A DNA stretch of 64,000 bases from an uncultured bacterium (GCA_963749495.1 CAVVMW010000001.1:640001-704000); one strand, 5' to 3'. Shown: positions 50,001-62,100, counted from the first letter of the stretch. Numbers and translations are program-made. Notes: generated from the sequence alone by a model not told the origin.

Positions 50001-50996
50001 AACAGCCCCTTCCAGGTCGTCTGGCTGCCCGATGACGTCCGCGAGACCGCCTTGGCCAAGATCCGCGCCCGCGCCGACCAGGACCCCCGCCCCTGGCCGG
50101 CGCCGATCGTCTTCGAAGGCAATGCCCCGGCCAACGTGCGGGACAATCCTCTGCTCCAGGGCCTGCTCGACGCCCAGTCTCCCCAGCCGCCCATCGCCCC
50201 CCGCCTCTGGCTCGGCGCCCCAAACTCGATCAAAGGACCCACCGAAGCCGCCTTCTACCGGCAGAGCGGCAACAACTTGCTCCTGGTGGGCCAGCGTGAA
50301 GAGGCGGTCCTGGCCATCCTCTCCATCGGCCTCATCACCCTGGCCGCGCAATATCCACTGGGCGCCGCCCGCTTTATCCTGTGCGACGGCACCCCTCCCG
50401 GCTCGCCCCAACGCGACTTCATCGAGCGCGTCCTCAAGGCCATCCCCCACCCCGTCACCGTGGCCAAGCCGGGCGATCTGGCCGACCTGATGGGCGGCCT
50501 GGCCGCGGAGATGAAAAAGCGCGCCGAGGAACCGAACTCCGAGGCCGCGCCGCCGGTCTTCCTCATCATTCACGCGCTCCAAAAGTACAGCCGTCTGCGC
50601 TATGAGGAGGACTTCAGTTTCTCCTCCGACGCCCAGGGGGCGCCCAACCCCGCCGCGGTGCTCAACAGCCTCCTGTGCGAGGGCACACGGCTCGGTTTCC
50701 ATGTCGTCGCCTCCTGCGACACCGCCAACAACGTGAACCGGTTCCTGAGCCGCAAGGCCCTGAGCGAATTCGAGATGCGCGTCCTCTTCCAGATGAGCGC
50801 CAACGATTCCGCCACGCTCATCGATAGCCCAAAGGCCAGCCTCCTGGGCCTCCATCGCGCCCTCTTCTTCAACGAGCATGAGGGCTACCTGGAAACCTTC
50901 CGCCCCTACGCCCTGCCCGCCGGCGAGTGGATCGAAGCCGCCGCCCGCAGCCTCGCCCGCCTGCACCATCCGCCCGACCCGCGCTCCAGCCCTTAA
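47084..50996 (+). CDS. FtsK/SpoIIIE (EccC/EssC-like) ATPase with N-terminal coiled coil and TM helices; frameshifts near 47118, 48740 and 48990, probably assembly errors
   Basis: Degenerate D1 (IIDPVGLG), intact D2 (GKTGSGKS, LVDFKKG, LIDEFQ, RQGRAFGIH), degenerate D3 (LLLVGQREE). Confidence 0.85.
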
Positions 50997-51036
50997 GAAG
51001 CGTTGGCAAAACTAACCTGGAGGTTCCGATGCCAGA

Positions 51037-51398
51037 CCTTTGTCGCGACCTTTGTCGGAGCCTTTGTCGAAGTGTAACTAAAATCCCGGAAATTCAGATA
51101 GGAACCGGCACGGAGCCGATCGATGCCGCCGCGTCAGGCCGCCTCTTCGTTTCCTTGGTTTCCTTCTGTTCTGTTCCTGTGCCCAGCCGGCGGGATGCAG
51201 GAAAAGAACAGAAGGAAACCAAGGAAACGAAGGATTGAAGACCCTGATCGGGCTTCTGCCAATGCATTGGGACCGTGAACCGGTCAGGGGCCCTGAGGCT
51301 GCGAAGCGTTTTGGACTGCGGCAGTCCTCTGCCGCTTTCGCGTTCCCAGAACCAGGGACTGAAAAGCGGCAGAGGACTGCCGCAGTCCAAAACCTCGC
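51037..51398. repeat. Cluster of three repeat families (half family B, family A, TTTTGGACTGCG REP)
   Basis: cctttgtcg x3; family A inverted copy 51089-51258; REP 51301-51398. Confidence 0.85.
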
Positions 51399-51516
51399 GG
51401 GCCTCCTCACGGGTTCATGGAGAGGGGTCAGCCCGCCGAGTTGTTCCCGTCTTGACTGAGGCCTTATGCCCAAAGTCTTGTCCAAGTCCACTTGTTTGAG
51501 GCATAGTAAGGGGAAG

Positions 51517-52296
51517 ATGCGTTTGCTTTTCATCGCGGACATCGTGGGGCAGCCGGGGCGGCGCGCGGTCAAGGAGGTGGTCCCCCGGTTGCGGCAGCAG
51601 CACGGCCTGGACCTGGTGGTCGCCAACGGCGAGAACTCGGCCGGCGGCTCGGGCATCACGGCCGGGACGGCCGAGGAGATCTTCTCCAGCGGCGTCGATA
51701 TCATCACCAGCGGCGACCATTTGTGGGACCAGAAAGAGGTGGTCGGGCTGTTAGAACACGAGCCCCGGTTCGTGCGGCCGCTCAATTACCCCCCGGACGT
51801 TCCAGGCCACGGGAGCACGCTCTTTCAAGCCCAGGGCCTGCCGGCCGTTGCGGTCCTGAACCTCCAGGGACGCACGTTCATGCCCCCGCTGGAAAGCCCT
51901 TTCCAGCATGCCCTGGCCGAGGTCGAGCGCCTGCGCCGCCAGACCCGGCTCATCCTGGTGGATTTCCACGCCGAGGCCACCTCGGAAAAGGTCGCCCTGG
52001 GGCGCCTCCTCGACGGCCAGGTCAGCGCCGTCATCGGCACGCACACCCACGTCCAGACGGCCGACGAGCAGATCTTTCCCGGCGGCACCGCCTTCCTGTG
52101 CGACGCCGGCTTCACCGGCCCCCACGAAAGCGTCATCGGGCGCGAAATCGCCCCCATCCTCCGCCGCTTCCTGACCAATATGCCCCAGAAGTTCGACATC
52201 GCCAAGGGACGCGTGCTGCTCCAGGGCGCCATCGTGGAGATCGACAATGACACCGGAAAAGCCCTGCGCATCACGCGCGTCTCGGAGCCGGCATGA
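51517..52296 (+). CDS. ymdB: YmdB-like (TIGR00282-type) metallophosphoesterase
   Basis: ADIVGQPGR, NGENSAGG, DFHAEATSEK, GTHTHVQTAD. Confidence 0.92.
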   Translation: MRLLFIADIVGQPGRRAVKEVVPRLRQQHGLDLVVANGENSAGGSGITAGTAEEIFSSGVDIITSGDHLWDQKEVVGLLEHEPRFVRPLNYPPDVPGHGSTLFQAQGLPAVAVLNLQGRTFMPPLESPFQHALAEVERLRRQTRLILVDFHAEATSEKVALGRLLDGQVSAVIGTHTHVQTADEQIFPGGTAFLCDAGFTGPHESVIGREIAPILRRFLTNMPQKFDIAKGRVLLQGAIVEIDNDTGKALRITRVSEPA

Positions 52297-53702
52297 CCAA
52301 ACCCGTTAAATCGCAGTGGGACTTCGGCGACCTGTTCCCCCGGGAACAGGCCCGCAAGGCATTGTCCGTCTCGGAGCTGACCTTGCAGATCAAGCGCCTG
52401 CTGGAGGCGCAGGTGGGCCGGGTCTGGGTGACGGGTGAGATCACCAACTTGCGCTGCCAAAGCTCCGGCCACATCTATTTCACGCTCAAGGACCCCGGGG
52501 CGCAGTTGAACTGCGTGCTGTTCCGGGGAGAACTCAAGGTGGACCGCTCGCTTCTGCAGGACGGGCGCAAGGTGACCTTGCAAGGCGAGCTCACCGTGTA
52601 TGAGCCGCGCGGCCAATACCAGTTGCGGGTGACGGCGGTCGAGTTGCAGGGCCTGGGCGCGTTGCAGGCGGCCTTCGATAAGCTCAAACAGAAGCTCAAT
52701 GCCGAGGGGCTCTTCGCGCCGGAACGAAAGCGGCCCCTGCCCCGTTACCCGCAGCGCATCGGCCTGGTCACCTCCCCTACCGGCGCGGCCATCCGCAACG
52801 TGCTGCACGTAGTTGCCAGGCGCAACCCGGCCCTTGAACTCATCCTGGCCCCTTGCCGCGTCCAGGGCGAGGGAGCGGCGGCGGAGATTGCCGCCGCCAT
52901 CCGCCTCCTCAACCAGTTCCACAGTCCCCGATTGCCCCTGGATCTCATCCTGGTCACCCGCGGCGGCGGCAGCCTCGAAGACCTCTGGGCCTTCAACGAG
53001 GAGGCCGTGGCCCGCGCCATCTTCGATTCCGCTCTGCCGGTCGTCTCGGCGGTCGGCCACGAAATCGACTTCACCATCGCCGATTTTGTGGCGGACGTCA
53101 GGGCGGCCACGCCGAGCGCCGCGGCGGAGATCCTCACCGAAGGGGTCTTTTCAAGCTGCCAGTTTCTTGCCGAGGCGCCCGGCCGGCTCGGGCAATTAGT
53201 CCGCCAGCAGACGGCGGACAAGGCACGCGCGCTGTCGCTGGTTTGGCAGCGCCTGGCTCGGGTGCATCCCCGGCGGCGCCTGGACGAGCGGCTCCAGCGA
53301 TTGGACGAGTTGCAGGGCAGCCTGCTGCGCTGCGCCAGGCAGGGGGTCCGACAGCAGGGTGTGGCGTGGCAGAACCTCTCGGACCGGCTGGCCCGGGTTC
53401 GCCCGGCGCTGCTGTTCAAGCAGCGGGCAGAGGCCCTGCGCCTGGCCGGGCACCGTCTGCGGGAGCAGGCCCATCAGCGCCTCCGCCAATCCGGCGACCG
53501 CCTCGATGCCGTGGCGGCGCGCTTGCGGTTGCTTGGCCCCGAGCAGGTGCTGGCGCGCGGTTATTCGATCACCATGGATGCCCCCACCGGCGCCGTCCTC
53601 CGCGCCGCCGCCGCCGCCCAGCCCGGCCAACGGTTGAGGACCCGGCTCAAGACCGGCGAGATCGGCAGCATCGTGGAAGCCCGGCCGGGCCGACGCGCCT
53701 GA
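52293..53702 (+). CDS. xseA: Exodeoxyribonuclease VII large subunit
   Basis: SGHIYFTLKD, RGGGSLEDLWAFNEE, GHEIDFTI, ATPSAAAE. Confidence 0.96.
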   Translation: MTKPVKSQWDFGDLFPREQARKALSVSELTLQIKRLLEAQVGRVWVTGEITNLRCQSSGHIYFTLKDPGAQLNCVLFRGELKVDRSLLQDGRKVTLQGELTVYEPRGQYQLRVTAVELQGLGALQAAFDKLKQKLNAEGLFAPERKRPLPRYPQRIGLVTSPTGAAIRNVLHVVARRNPALELILAPCRVQGEGAAAEIAAAIRLLNQFHSPRLPLDLILVTRGGGSLEDLWAFNEEAVARAIFDSALPVVSAVGHEIDFTIADFVADVRAATPSAAAEILTEGVFSSCQFLAEAPGRLGQLVRQQTADKARALSLVWQRLARVHPRRRLDERLQRLDELQGSLLRCARQGVRQQGVAWQNLSDRLARVRPALLFKQRAEALRLAGHRLREQAHQRLRQSGDRLDAVAARLRLLGPEQVLARGYSITMDAPTGAVLRAAAAAQPGQRLRTRLKTGEIGSIVEARPGRRA

Positions 53703-53795
53703 ACCGTCCGACCCATCCGACCCGTGCGGGATTTGGGGGCGGTGTCCGGTTGCGCCTAAGGGTCTGGGTAACGCTACACCAAGCGCGTTGTGAAC

Positions 53796-54023
53796 TCACC
53801 TCCAAAACGAGCCTGAATTCGAGCCGGAGCTGGAAAAGAAGCCGCTGATCGGCGGGAATGGCTGGCCTCGGGAATACTCTACTTTCCACATCCCGTTGGA
53901 TTGCAAGGTGACGCGGATATTTTCCTTGCCCACTTCATACTCCAAGTCCTCCACGACTTCCTGAAGCTTTTCCTTGGGGACATCGGAAATGACCCTGACG
54001 CTATTTGGCGAGCTCTCAGTCAC
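53796..54023 (-). CDS. Small hypothetical protein
   Basis: 75-aa ORF with a GGAG Shine-Dalgarno, 12 nt after the membrane-protein gene. Confidence 0.6.
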   Translation of the reverse strand: MTESSPNSVRVISDVPKEKLQEVVEDLEYEVGKENIRVTLQSNGMWKVEYSRGQPFPPISGFFSSSGSNSGSFWR

Positions 54024-54035
54024 AATGTCATTCTC

Positions 54036-55010
54036 CTATGGAATTTGAAGATCGGCAACCACTTTCTGGCGAGCCTGATTAAGTTCTTTCGTGCTGATCA
54101 GATCGGTGATCAACGTCCCCTCCGGCAACTCAGTTTTGATCCACAGCGCCAATTTTCGGGCGTTCTCAGGATTTGGAGGACCGCCGCCCGGCCTCCAGAA
54201 ATCCCGGATCCGCTTGCTCAATGGGTCGTCGCCGAACGACCCCACTCCGCCGTAGGCTTGCTGTCCGGCTCTGCCGAAGGCACCAGCCAGGAAGAGGAGA
54301 GTCAGCAGATACCCAGCGAGGAACCCCAATACCCAAAAGTACACTATCAAGCCTCCGGCAAACGAAACGGCCGCCTGACTTGGAGGAGACGTGCTTGAAA
54401 GACTCTGTGCGACCCACGTCGCTGCGTTCCTTAAGTGCGAGGGAACGCTTTTCAGCTCCACAAGGCCCAGGCCCACGATGATTTTCGTCAGCCAATCTGA
54501 AATCTGCTCCAGGTTGGTGTTGGGCCGTTGGGCAAATCCGGGTGGCACCGCTGCGGCGGGGTCTCGACCGCCGCCCTGCGGCGCGTTGTCCACAATCTTT
54601 GGAACGCCAAAAAGGAAACCAATTAAGAAACCGCCCATGAACCAGGCCGCCGCCCATAGCATTGCACAACGCAAAGCTGCGGGCCGGACATCATCCGTCG
54701 CCAGCACGGCTGAAGCTCCAGTGAAGAACAAACCGATTCCCAACAGGGCGAGCGCGATTATCAAAATCAAGCCCGCGTCCCGAAATGGAGCAGATTGACC
54801 TCCTGCCGAGCGCCTGCCTGCCGCCAAATAAGCCGCAACGAAGCACAGAACGGCGAGGATCAAGGCTCCCCAAAGAGGGTGCGCCTGGAATTGCAGCGCC
54901 AACCAATTACGTGTGAACGGCAGTAGGAGCACAACCGCCACCACGGCCACCGGGATGACGGCGCGCTTGAAAAAGCCGAGCAAGGAGTCCCAGAAAGCTG
55001 CCCCATTCAT
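54036..55010 (-). CDS. Multi-pass membrane protein with NTNLEQISDWLTKIIVG motif
   Basis: About six hydrophobic helices; GFLFGVP and PNTNLEQISDWLTKIIVGLGLVEL. Confidence 0.8.
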   Translation of the reverse strand: MNGAAFWDSLLGFFKRAVIPVAVVAVVLLLPFTRNWLALQFQAHPLWGALILAVLCFVAAYLAAGRRSAGGQSAPFRDAGLILIIALALLGIGLFFTGASAVLATDDVRPAALRCAMLWAAAWFMGGFLIGFLFGVPKIVDNAPQGGGRDPAAAVPPGFAQRPNTNLEQISDWLTKIIVGLGLVELKSVPSHLRNAATWVAQSLSSTSPPSQAAVSFAGGLIVYFWVLGFLAGYLLTLLFLAGAFGRAGQQAYGGVGSFGDDPLSKRIRDFWRPGGGPPNPENARKLALWIKTELPEGTLITDLISTKELNQARQKVVADLQIP

Positions 55011-55168
55011 ACGGTAACTATTCAGGTGTCTTTTGCTGACTGGTGGGAAGTATGAGGGATTTGCGGCCTTTAGGGCAAGCGAAAAAAGCTCTGAAAATAC
55101 TTCATGGGCGGACTGGTGGGCTGAGACAGGGCTGGACAGCGGGTGGAATAATGCTTAGTTTGCGGGTT

Positions 55169-55453
55169 GTGCCGAGTATTCCTAAAAACGCGGGCCAGGA
55201 CAGCCCCGCCAAAGCCGCGAGCTTGCCTTTCGAGGAAGCTCTGAAGAAGCTGGAGGCCATCGTGGAAACTATGGAGTCCGACGACCTGGCGCTGGAGAGC
55301 TTGCTGGCCAAGTACGAGGAGGGCACCCGCCTGGCGCGGGTCTGCCAGGAGAAGCTGGCGGAGGCCGAGTTGAAGATACAGCAACTGGAGAAGAACGCCT
55401 CGGGCGAGATGCGGCTCAAGCCGCTGCCAATCGAGGCCCCGGACGAGGCGTAG
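55169..55453 (+). CDS. xseB: Exodeoxyribonuclease VII small subunit
   Basis: FEEALKKLEAIVETME..LESLLAKYEEG..L.EAELKIQQL. Confidence 0.93.
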   Translation: MPSIPKNAGQDSPAKAASLPFEEALKKLEAIVETMESDDLALESLLAKYEEGTRLARVCQEKLAEAELKIQQLEKNASGEMRLKPLPIEAPDEA

Positions 55454-55462
55454 GAAAGGAGA

Positions 55463-57511
55463 ATGAACCGATACCTGGACATGGTGGACAACCCGATCCA
55501 AGTCAAGAAGCTGACGCTGGCCCAACTCCAGGAGCTGGCGGCGGAGATCCGGCAGGAGTTGATCACGGTCCTGGCCCGCAACGGCGGGCACGTGGGCCCC
55601 AACCTGGGCGTGGTCGAGTTGACCATCGCCCTGCACCGCGTCTTCGACACCCCCAAGGACAAGCTGGTCTGGGATGTCAGCCACCAGAGCTACGTCCACA
55701 AGCTGTTGACGGGGCGCAAGGGCCGTTTCCACACCATTCGCAGCACCGGCGGCCTCAGCGGTTTCGCATTGCGCTCCGAGAGCGAGCACGATTGCTACGG
55801 GGCGGCACACGCGGGGACCGCCCTCTCGGCCGCCTTGGGCATCTGCGCCGCCCGCGACCAACTCGGCTCCAACGAGCACGTGGTGGCCGTCTTCGGCGAC
55901 GCCGCCCTGACCAACGGCATTTCATTCGAGGCCCTCAACAACCTGGCCCACACCACCAAACGCTTCATCGGCATCCTCAATGATAACGAGTGGAGCATCG
56001 CCAGGAACGTGGGCGCCATCGCCAGCTACCTCAACAAGCTCATCACCCATCCCTCTTACAACAAGCTGGCCCGCGATTTCGAACGGTTCGTCCGCCGCCT
56101 GCCCAAGGGCGAAGTCGCCCTCAAGCTCGCCCACAAGGCCGAGGAGGGGTTCAAAGGCGCCCTGACCGAAGTGGGCCTGCAGCCCAGCCCCAGCTCGATG
56201 GAGCCCGACGGGCGCGGCGGCTACGGCAGCAGCCTCATCTTCGAGGAGATGGGCTTGCGCTACCTGGGCCCGATCGACGGCCACAACCTCCCGCTGCTCA
56301 TCAGCACCCTCGAATTCGCCAAGACCTGCGACCATCCCATCGTCATTCACGTCCTGACCCAGAAAGGCAAGGGCTTCGAGGCGGCCCAGAAAAACCCCGA
56401 GAAATTCCACGGCCTTGGGCCGTACGACATCGCCACCGGCGCGACGCTGCCGGCCAAGCCGGGCGCCGCCCCTAACTGGCAGGACGTCTTCGGCCAGGCC
56501 ATGGTCAAGCTCTGCCAGCGCGACAGCCGGGTCGTGGGGATCACCGCCGCCATGCCCAGCGGGACCGGCCTCAAGGCCCTGGAAAAAGCCATGCCCAACC
56601 GCTACTACGACGTCGGCATCGCCGAGGAGCACGCGGTCCTCTTTGCCTGCGGCATGGCCACGATGGGCTTTCACCCCGTCTGCGCCATCTACTCGACCTT
56701 CCTCCAGCGCGCCTACGATTGCATCGTCCACGATGCCGCGCTCCAGGAACTGCCCGTCATCTTTTGCATGGATCGCGCCGGCCTCTCGCCCCAGGACGGC
56801 CCGACCCACCACGGCCTCTTCGACATCAGCTACATCCGCTCGGTGCCCAACTGCATCGGCATGGCCCCCAAGGATGAAGACGAGTTGGTGGATATGATGT
56901 TCACCGCCACCCTGCAGCAGCACCCGACTTTCATCCGCTACCCGCGCGGCCCGGCCGAGGGTGTCCCGGTCAAGGACCAGCCCGCCCTGCTCGAGATCGG
57001 CAAGGCCGAGATCATCCGCAACTTCGCCCACAACGGCTGCCGCAAGGCCGCCTTGTTCCCGCTGGGCAACATGATGGGCCTGGGGCGCGAGGTCGCGGCC
57101 GGACTGGCCGCCGAGGGCTACGACGTGGCCATCGTCAACCCGCGTTTCTTCAAGCCGCTGGATGGCGGGGTGACCGAGTTCTTCGGGCGCGCCGCCGAGG
57201 TCCTGGTGACCTTCGAGGACCATGTCCTGGCGGGGGGCTACGGCAGCGCGGTGCTCGAGTTCTTCAACGAGAAGCGCATCACCACCCCCGTCATCCAGGT
57301 CGGCTGGCCCGACCGCTTTATCGAACACGCCTCTTCGGTGCAAGACCTGCGGACCAAGTACGGCCTCACGGCCGACAACGCCGTGGCCAGGGTCAAAGCC
57401 GAGTTCGCCGGCGCCGCCTCAGGCAGTGGCATGCTGCTGCACTCCTTGGCGGGAAAGGCCCCGCTCGTGCCGGTCACCCTCCCGAAAGAGGCGCAATCCA
57501 CGGGCGCATGA
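55463..57511 (+). CDS. dxs: 1-deoxy-D-xylulose-5-phosphate synthase
   Basis: GGHVGPNLGVVELT, YLGPIDGH, DVGIAEEHAV, YSTFLQRAYD, DGPTHHG. Confidence 0.97.
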   Translation: MNRYLDMVDNPIQVKKLTLAQLQELAAEIRQELITVLARNGGHVGPNLGVVELTIALHRVFDTPKDKLVWDVSHQSYVHKLLTGRKGRFHTIRSTGGLSGFALRSESEHDCYGAAHAGTALSAALGICAARDQLGSNEHVVAVFGDAALTNGISFEALNNLAHTTKRFIGILNDNEWSIARNVGAIASYLNKLITHPSYNKLARDFERFVRRLPKGEVALKLAHKAEEGFKGALTEVGLQPSPSSMEPDGRGGYGSSLIFEEMGLRYLGPIDGHNLPLLISTLEFAKTCDHPIVIHVLTQKGKGFEAAQKNPEKFHGLGPYDIATGATLPAKPGAAPNWQDVFGQAMVKLCQRDSRVVGITAAMPSGTGLKALEKAMPNRYYDVGIAEEHAVLFACGMATMGFHPVCAIYSTFLQRAYDCIVHDAALQELPVIFCMDRAGLSPQDGPTHHGLFDISYIRSVPNCIGMAPKDEDELVDMMFTATLQQHPTFIRYPRGPAEGVPVKDQPALLEIGKAEIIRNFAHNGCRKAALFPLGNMMGLGREVAAGLAAEGYDVAIVNPRFFKPLDGGVTEFFGRAAEVLVTFEDHVLAGGYGSAVLEFFNEKRITTPVIQVGWPDRFIEHASSVQDLRTKYGLTADNAVARVKAEFAGAASGSGMLLHSLAGKAPLVPVTLPKEAQSTGA

Positions 57512-57557
57512 CACAATTGCTCGGGCCTAAGTGCAATCCGCGTTGCGGCTTTTTTGG

Positions 57558-57743
57558 GGACGCCAACGGCGTCGTTCATACCAGCCCAGGGCAACGCCCT
57601 GGGAACGCAGCCCAAAAGCCAATCGGAGCGCTGAAGGCGCGATTCATCTTTATGAAGCAGGCCGTTGGCCTGCGGCAGAACCAAAACCGCCCTGTGTTCC
57701 CAGGGCGTTGCCCTGGGCTGGTATGAACCAGGCCTTCGGCCTG
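57558..57743. repeat. REP-like composite palindrome (CATACCAGCCCAGGG family)
   Basis: gttcataccagcccagggcaacgccctgggaac ... gttcccagggcgttgccctgggctggtatgaac. Confidence 0.88.
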
Positions 57744-57766
57744 TAAATCAAAGATTAAAAGCGATT

Positions 57767-59020
<1,254 letters not shown>

Positions 59021-59134
59021 GTGCAGGGCCGATCTTCGAAGGAACGGCTGACAAGGCGGTGCAGTAAGCGAGTGCTTGCACGCTGGGAGGGTTTGGCCTA
59101 TAAAGCTGGGGATGGCCAACCCATTGGAGACCCG

Positions 59135-62100
59135 ATGGCTAACGAGAATCCAATTCTAAATAACCCGTACGAAGAGCCGCAGGGGCACTATGCAACCAAT
59201 CTGGCGGGGGAGTTGGACTACTCGAAGCCGGTCAAGGGGCGGCGTGCATTTACGCCGGAAATTCAAACGATCCCCGTGCGCCAAGGGGCCCAGGAAGAGT
59301 TGATGGAACTCAACGAGGTTGCCGGAGCGCAGTACCGGCAGCCACGCGGTGAACCTGCTTCGGCGGGAGGTGTCGGCTTGGCGGAATGAAAAGTACCCTC
59401 AGACGACGCGGATCACGCGGGAGTTGCTCCAGTTCTGGTTTCTGAATCCCGAGCGAGACATGACGTTGTCGCTGTTTTTCGCGCAGCGGGAGGCTATTGA
59501 GACTGCGATCTGGTTGAACGAGGTTGCGGAGAAATCGAACGTGGGTCAGCACATTCTGCGCGAGCTGGAGAGGGCGCAGGCGGTTTCCTCCGCGGCGGAG
59601 AACAATCTGCCGCGGGTGGCCTTCAAGATGGCGACCGGCACGGGCAAGACGGTGGTGATGGCAGCGCTGATCGCCTACCACTATTTCAACCGTGCCGAGT
59701 ACCGGAACAACGTCCGGTTTGCGGACAATTTCCTGGTCGTAGCGCCGGGGATTACGATTCGGGACCGCTTGGGAGTGCTGCGGGTGGACACCAGGGGCGG
59801 CATCGACGCGGAGGATTACTACCACGTGCGCTACTTGGTGCCACAGGCCTGGCGGAAGGAGATGCCGGAGTTGAACAAACGGCTGGTGATTACGAACTAT
59901 CACGCGTTCGAACCGAAAACCTTGCAGGGGAACAAGCGCTCGCCATTTGACGGCAAGATCCGGGCGGACGGGACCAGGCAGGAGGCGAAGGAGGATTACT
60001 CGCAGGTGCTTGGACGGCTGCTGGCGGGATTCCGGGCGGGGTCCCGGCTGCTGGTCATTAACGATGAAGCCCATCATTGCTACCTGCCCAAGGAGGATGA
60101 ACGCAGAGCGGAGGGAGAAGACAGCGAGAAGGAGAACGAGCGGGCGGCGGTCTGGTTCAGCGGCCTGGTGCGGGTGGCGCAACGGTACAAGGTGCGGAGT
60201 GTCTATGACCTGAGCGCGACACCCTACTTTCTGACGGGATCGGGGTATGATCCGTACACGTTGTTCCCTTGGACCGTGTCGGATTTCGGGCTCATTGAGG
60301 CAATTGAATCGGGCCTGGTGAAGATTCCGTTTTTGCCCACACGAGATGATACGCAGGAGCTGGAGTTGCCCGTGCTGCGGAACTTGTACGAACACGTGCG
60401 CGAGGGACTGCCGAAGGCCGGGCGGAAGAAACAGAAGGCGCGGGCGAGGGAGGAAGGCAAGACGCTTGTGGAGGAACCCCCGCGGCTGCCCGAAATGCTG
60501 AAAACGGCGCTGGCGCAGTTTTACGAGCATTACGAGGAGGAGTTCCGGTCGCGGAAGCATTCGGCGGAGGCGCTGGGCACGGCCCAACTGGCGCTGGAGG
60601 ACACGCCGCCGGTATTCATCGTAGTGTGCAACAACACCTCCGTCTCGAAGGAGGTGTACAAATACTTGGCGGGGTATGAAATTCCGGCTGAGGAGGGGTC
60701 GGGTGACGCGGCGCACGTGGTGCCGGGGGTGTTTGAGCTGTTTTCAAATTACGACATGAGCACGCGGCAGGCGCGGATGAAGCCGCCGACACTGCTGATC
60801 GACAGCGACGCGCTGGAGAATTCGGAGCAGGTTGACGAGGAGTTCAGGCGCGTGTTTGCCCCGGAGATTCAGCGGTTCAAAGCCGATTACGCGCGGGTGC
60901 ACGGGCAGGGCGCGGCAGAGCGGATCGAGGATGCCGAAATTCTGCGCGAGGTGGTGAACACGGTTGGCAAGCGGAATGCCCTGGGGTCGCATATTCGTTG
61001 CGTGGTTTCGGTCTCGATGCTGACGGAGGGGTGGGATGCGAGCACCGTGACGCACATTTGCGGGATCCGGCGATTCGGGTCGCAACTCCTGTGCGAGCAG
61101 GTGGCGGGACGGGCCCTGCGGCGGCGGAGCTATTACCTGCAGGGTTACGACAGGCAGGGGCAGCCCACGAGCGACAAGCGGCGGATCGTGACCTGGAAGT
61201 TCCCCCCGGAGTACGCGCATGTCATCGGGGTGCCGTTCAAGCTGTTCAAGGGCGGGAAGACCGACCCCAGGCCGCCACAGCCGACAACACGGGTTTTCTC
61301 CCTGGCGGAGCGGACGGAGAAATACGAGATCACCTTTCCTAACGTGGAGGGATACCGGCTGGAATACTCAGAGGGGCCGCTGCGCGCGGATTTTTCCGCC
61401 GTCGAGGACTACACGATTGACGGGTCGAAGCTGCCGACCAAGACGTTTATGGGGACGGCAGTATCGGGTGAGGAGGTGGAACTGAGTCCCGAGGGCATCC
61501 TGCGGATGCGAGAGCAGCAGATTGTGTATCACATCGCCCGCGGGCTGGTGCTTCTGCATTTTTCTGATGAGAAGGGGCAGCCGGAGTTCCATCGGTTTCA
61601 TGAGCTGCGGGAAATCGTCGCCTGGTGGTACGGTGAAAAGCTGAAGGTGCTCGGGAAGGACCAGCAGTGGAAGAAGCTGGTTTATTACGCCGACCCGCAG
61701 GAGGTAGTGGCGCACATACGGCGCGGAATCAAGACCGGCGAAGGCGGGGACCAGCGGATCCGGGCGATCCTGAATCATTACAACCCGGTCGGGAGTTCGC
61801 GTTATGTTCACGGGCAGACGAGCCGGGACACGTATCCGACTCGGCACAGCCATGTGAACGTGGTGGTGGTGGACAGCGGGTGGGAGGGGAAGGCGGCGAA
61901 AACGCTGGATGACCTCACGGACGAGGGGCATACCCTGGCCTGGGTGAAGAACGCGTTCCTGGATTTCCGGATTCCCTACACCGGCCGCGCGGGCGAGCAA
62001 AGGGATTATTACCCGGATTTCATCGTGCGCAGCCGCCTGGCCGGAGGCCAGCTGATAAACCTGCTGGTGGAAGTCACCGGCTTCAACAAGGACAAGGAAG

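Noticed and set aside
47084..50996. Cell-division FtsK or conjugative coupling protein
   Set aside because: No gamma domain, a three-domain layout, WXG100-like neighbours and no relaxase or T4SS genes.
55169..57511. Absence of ispA between xseB and dxs
   Set aside because: Gene-order variation without any remnant; not evidence of novelty.
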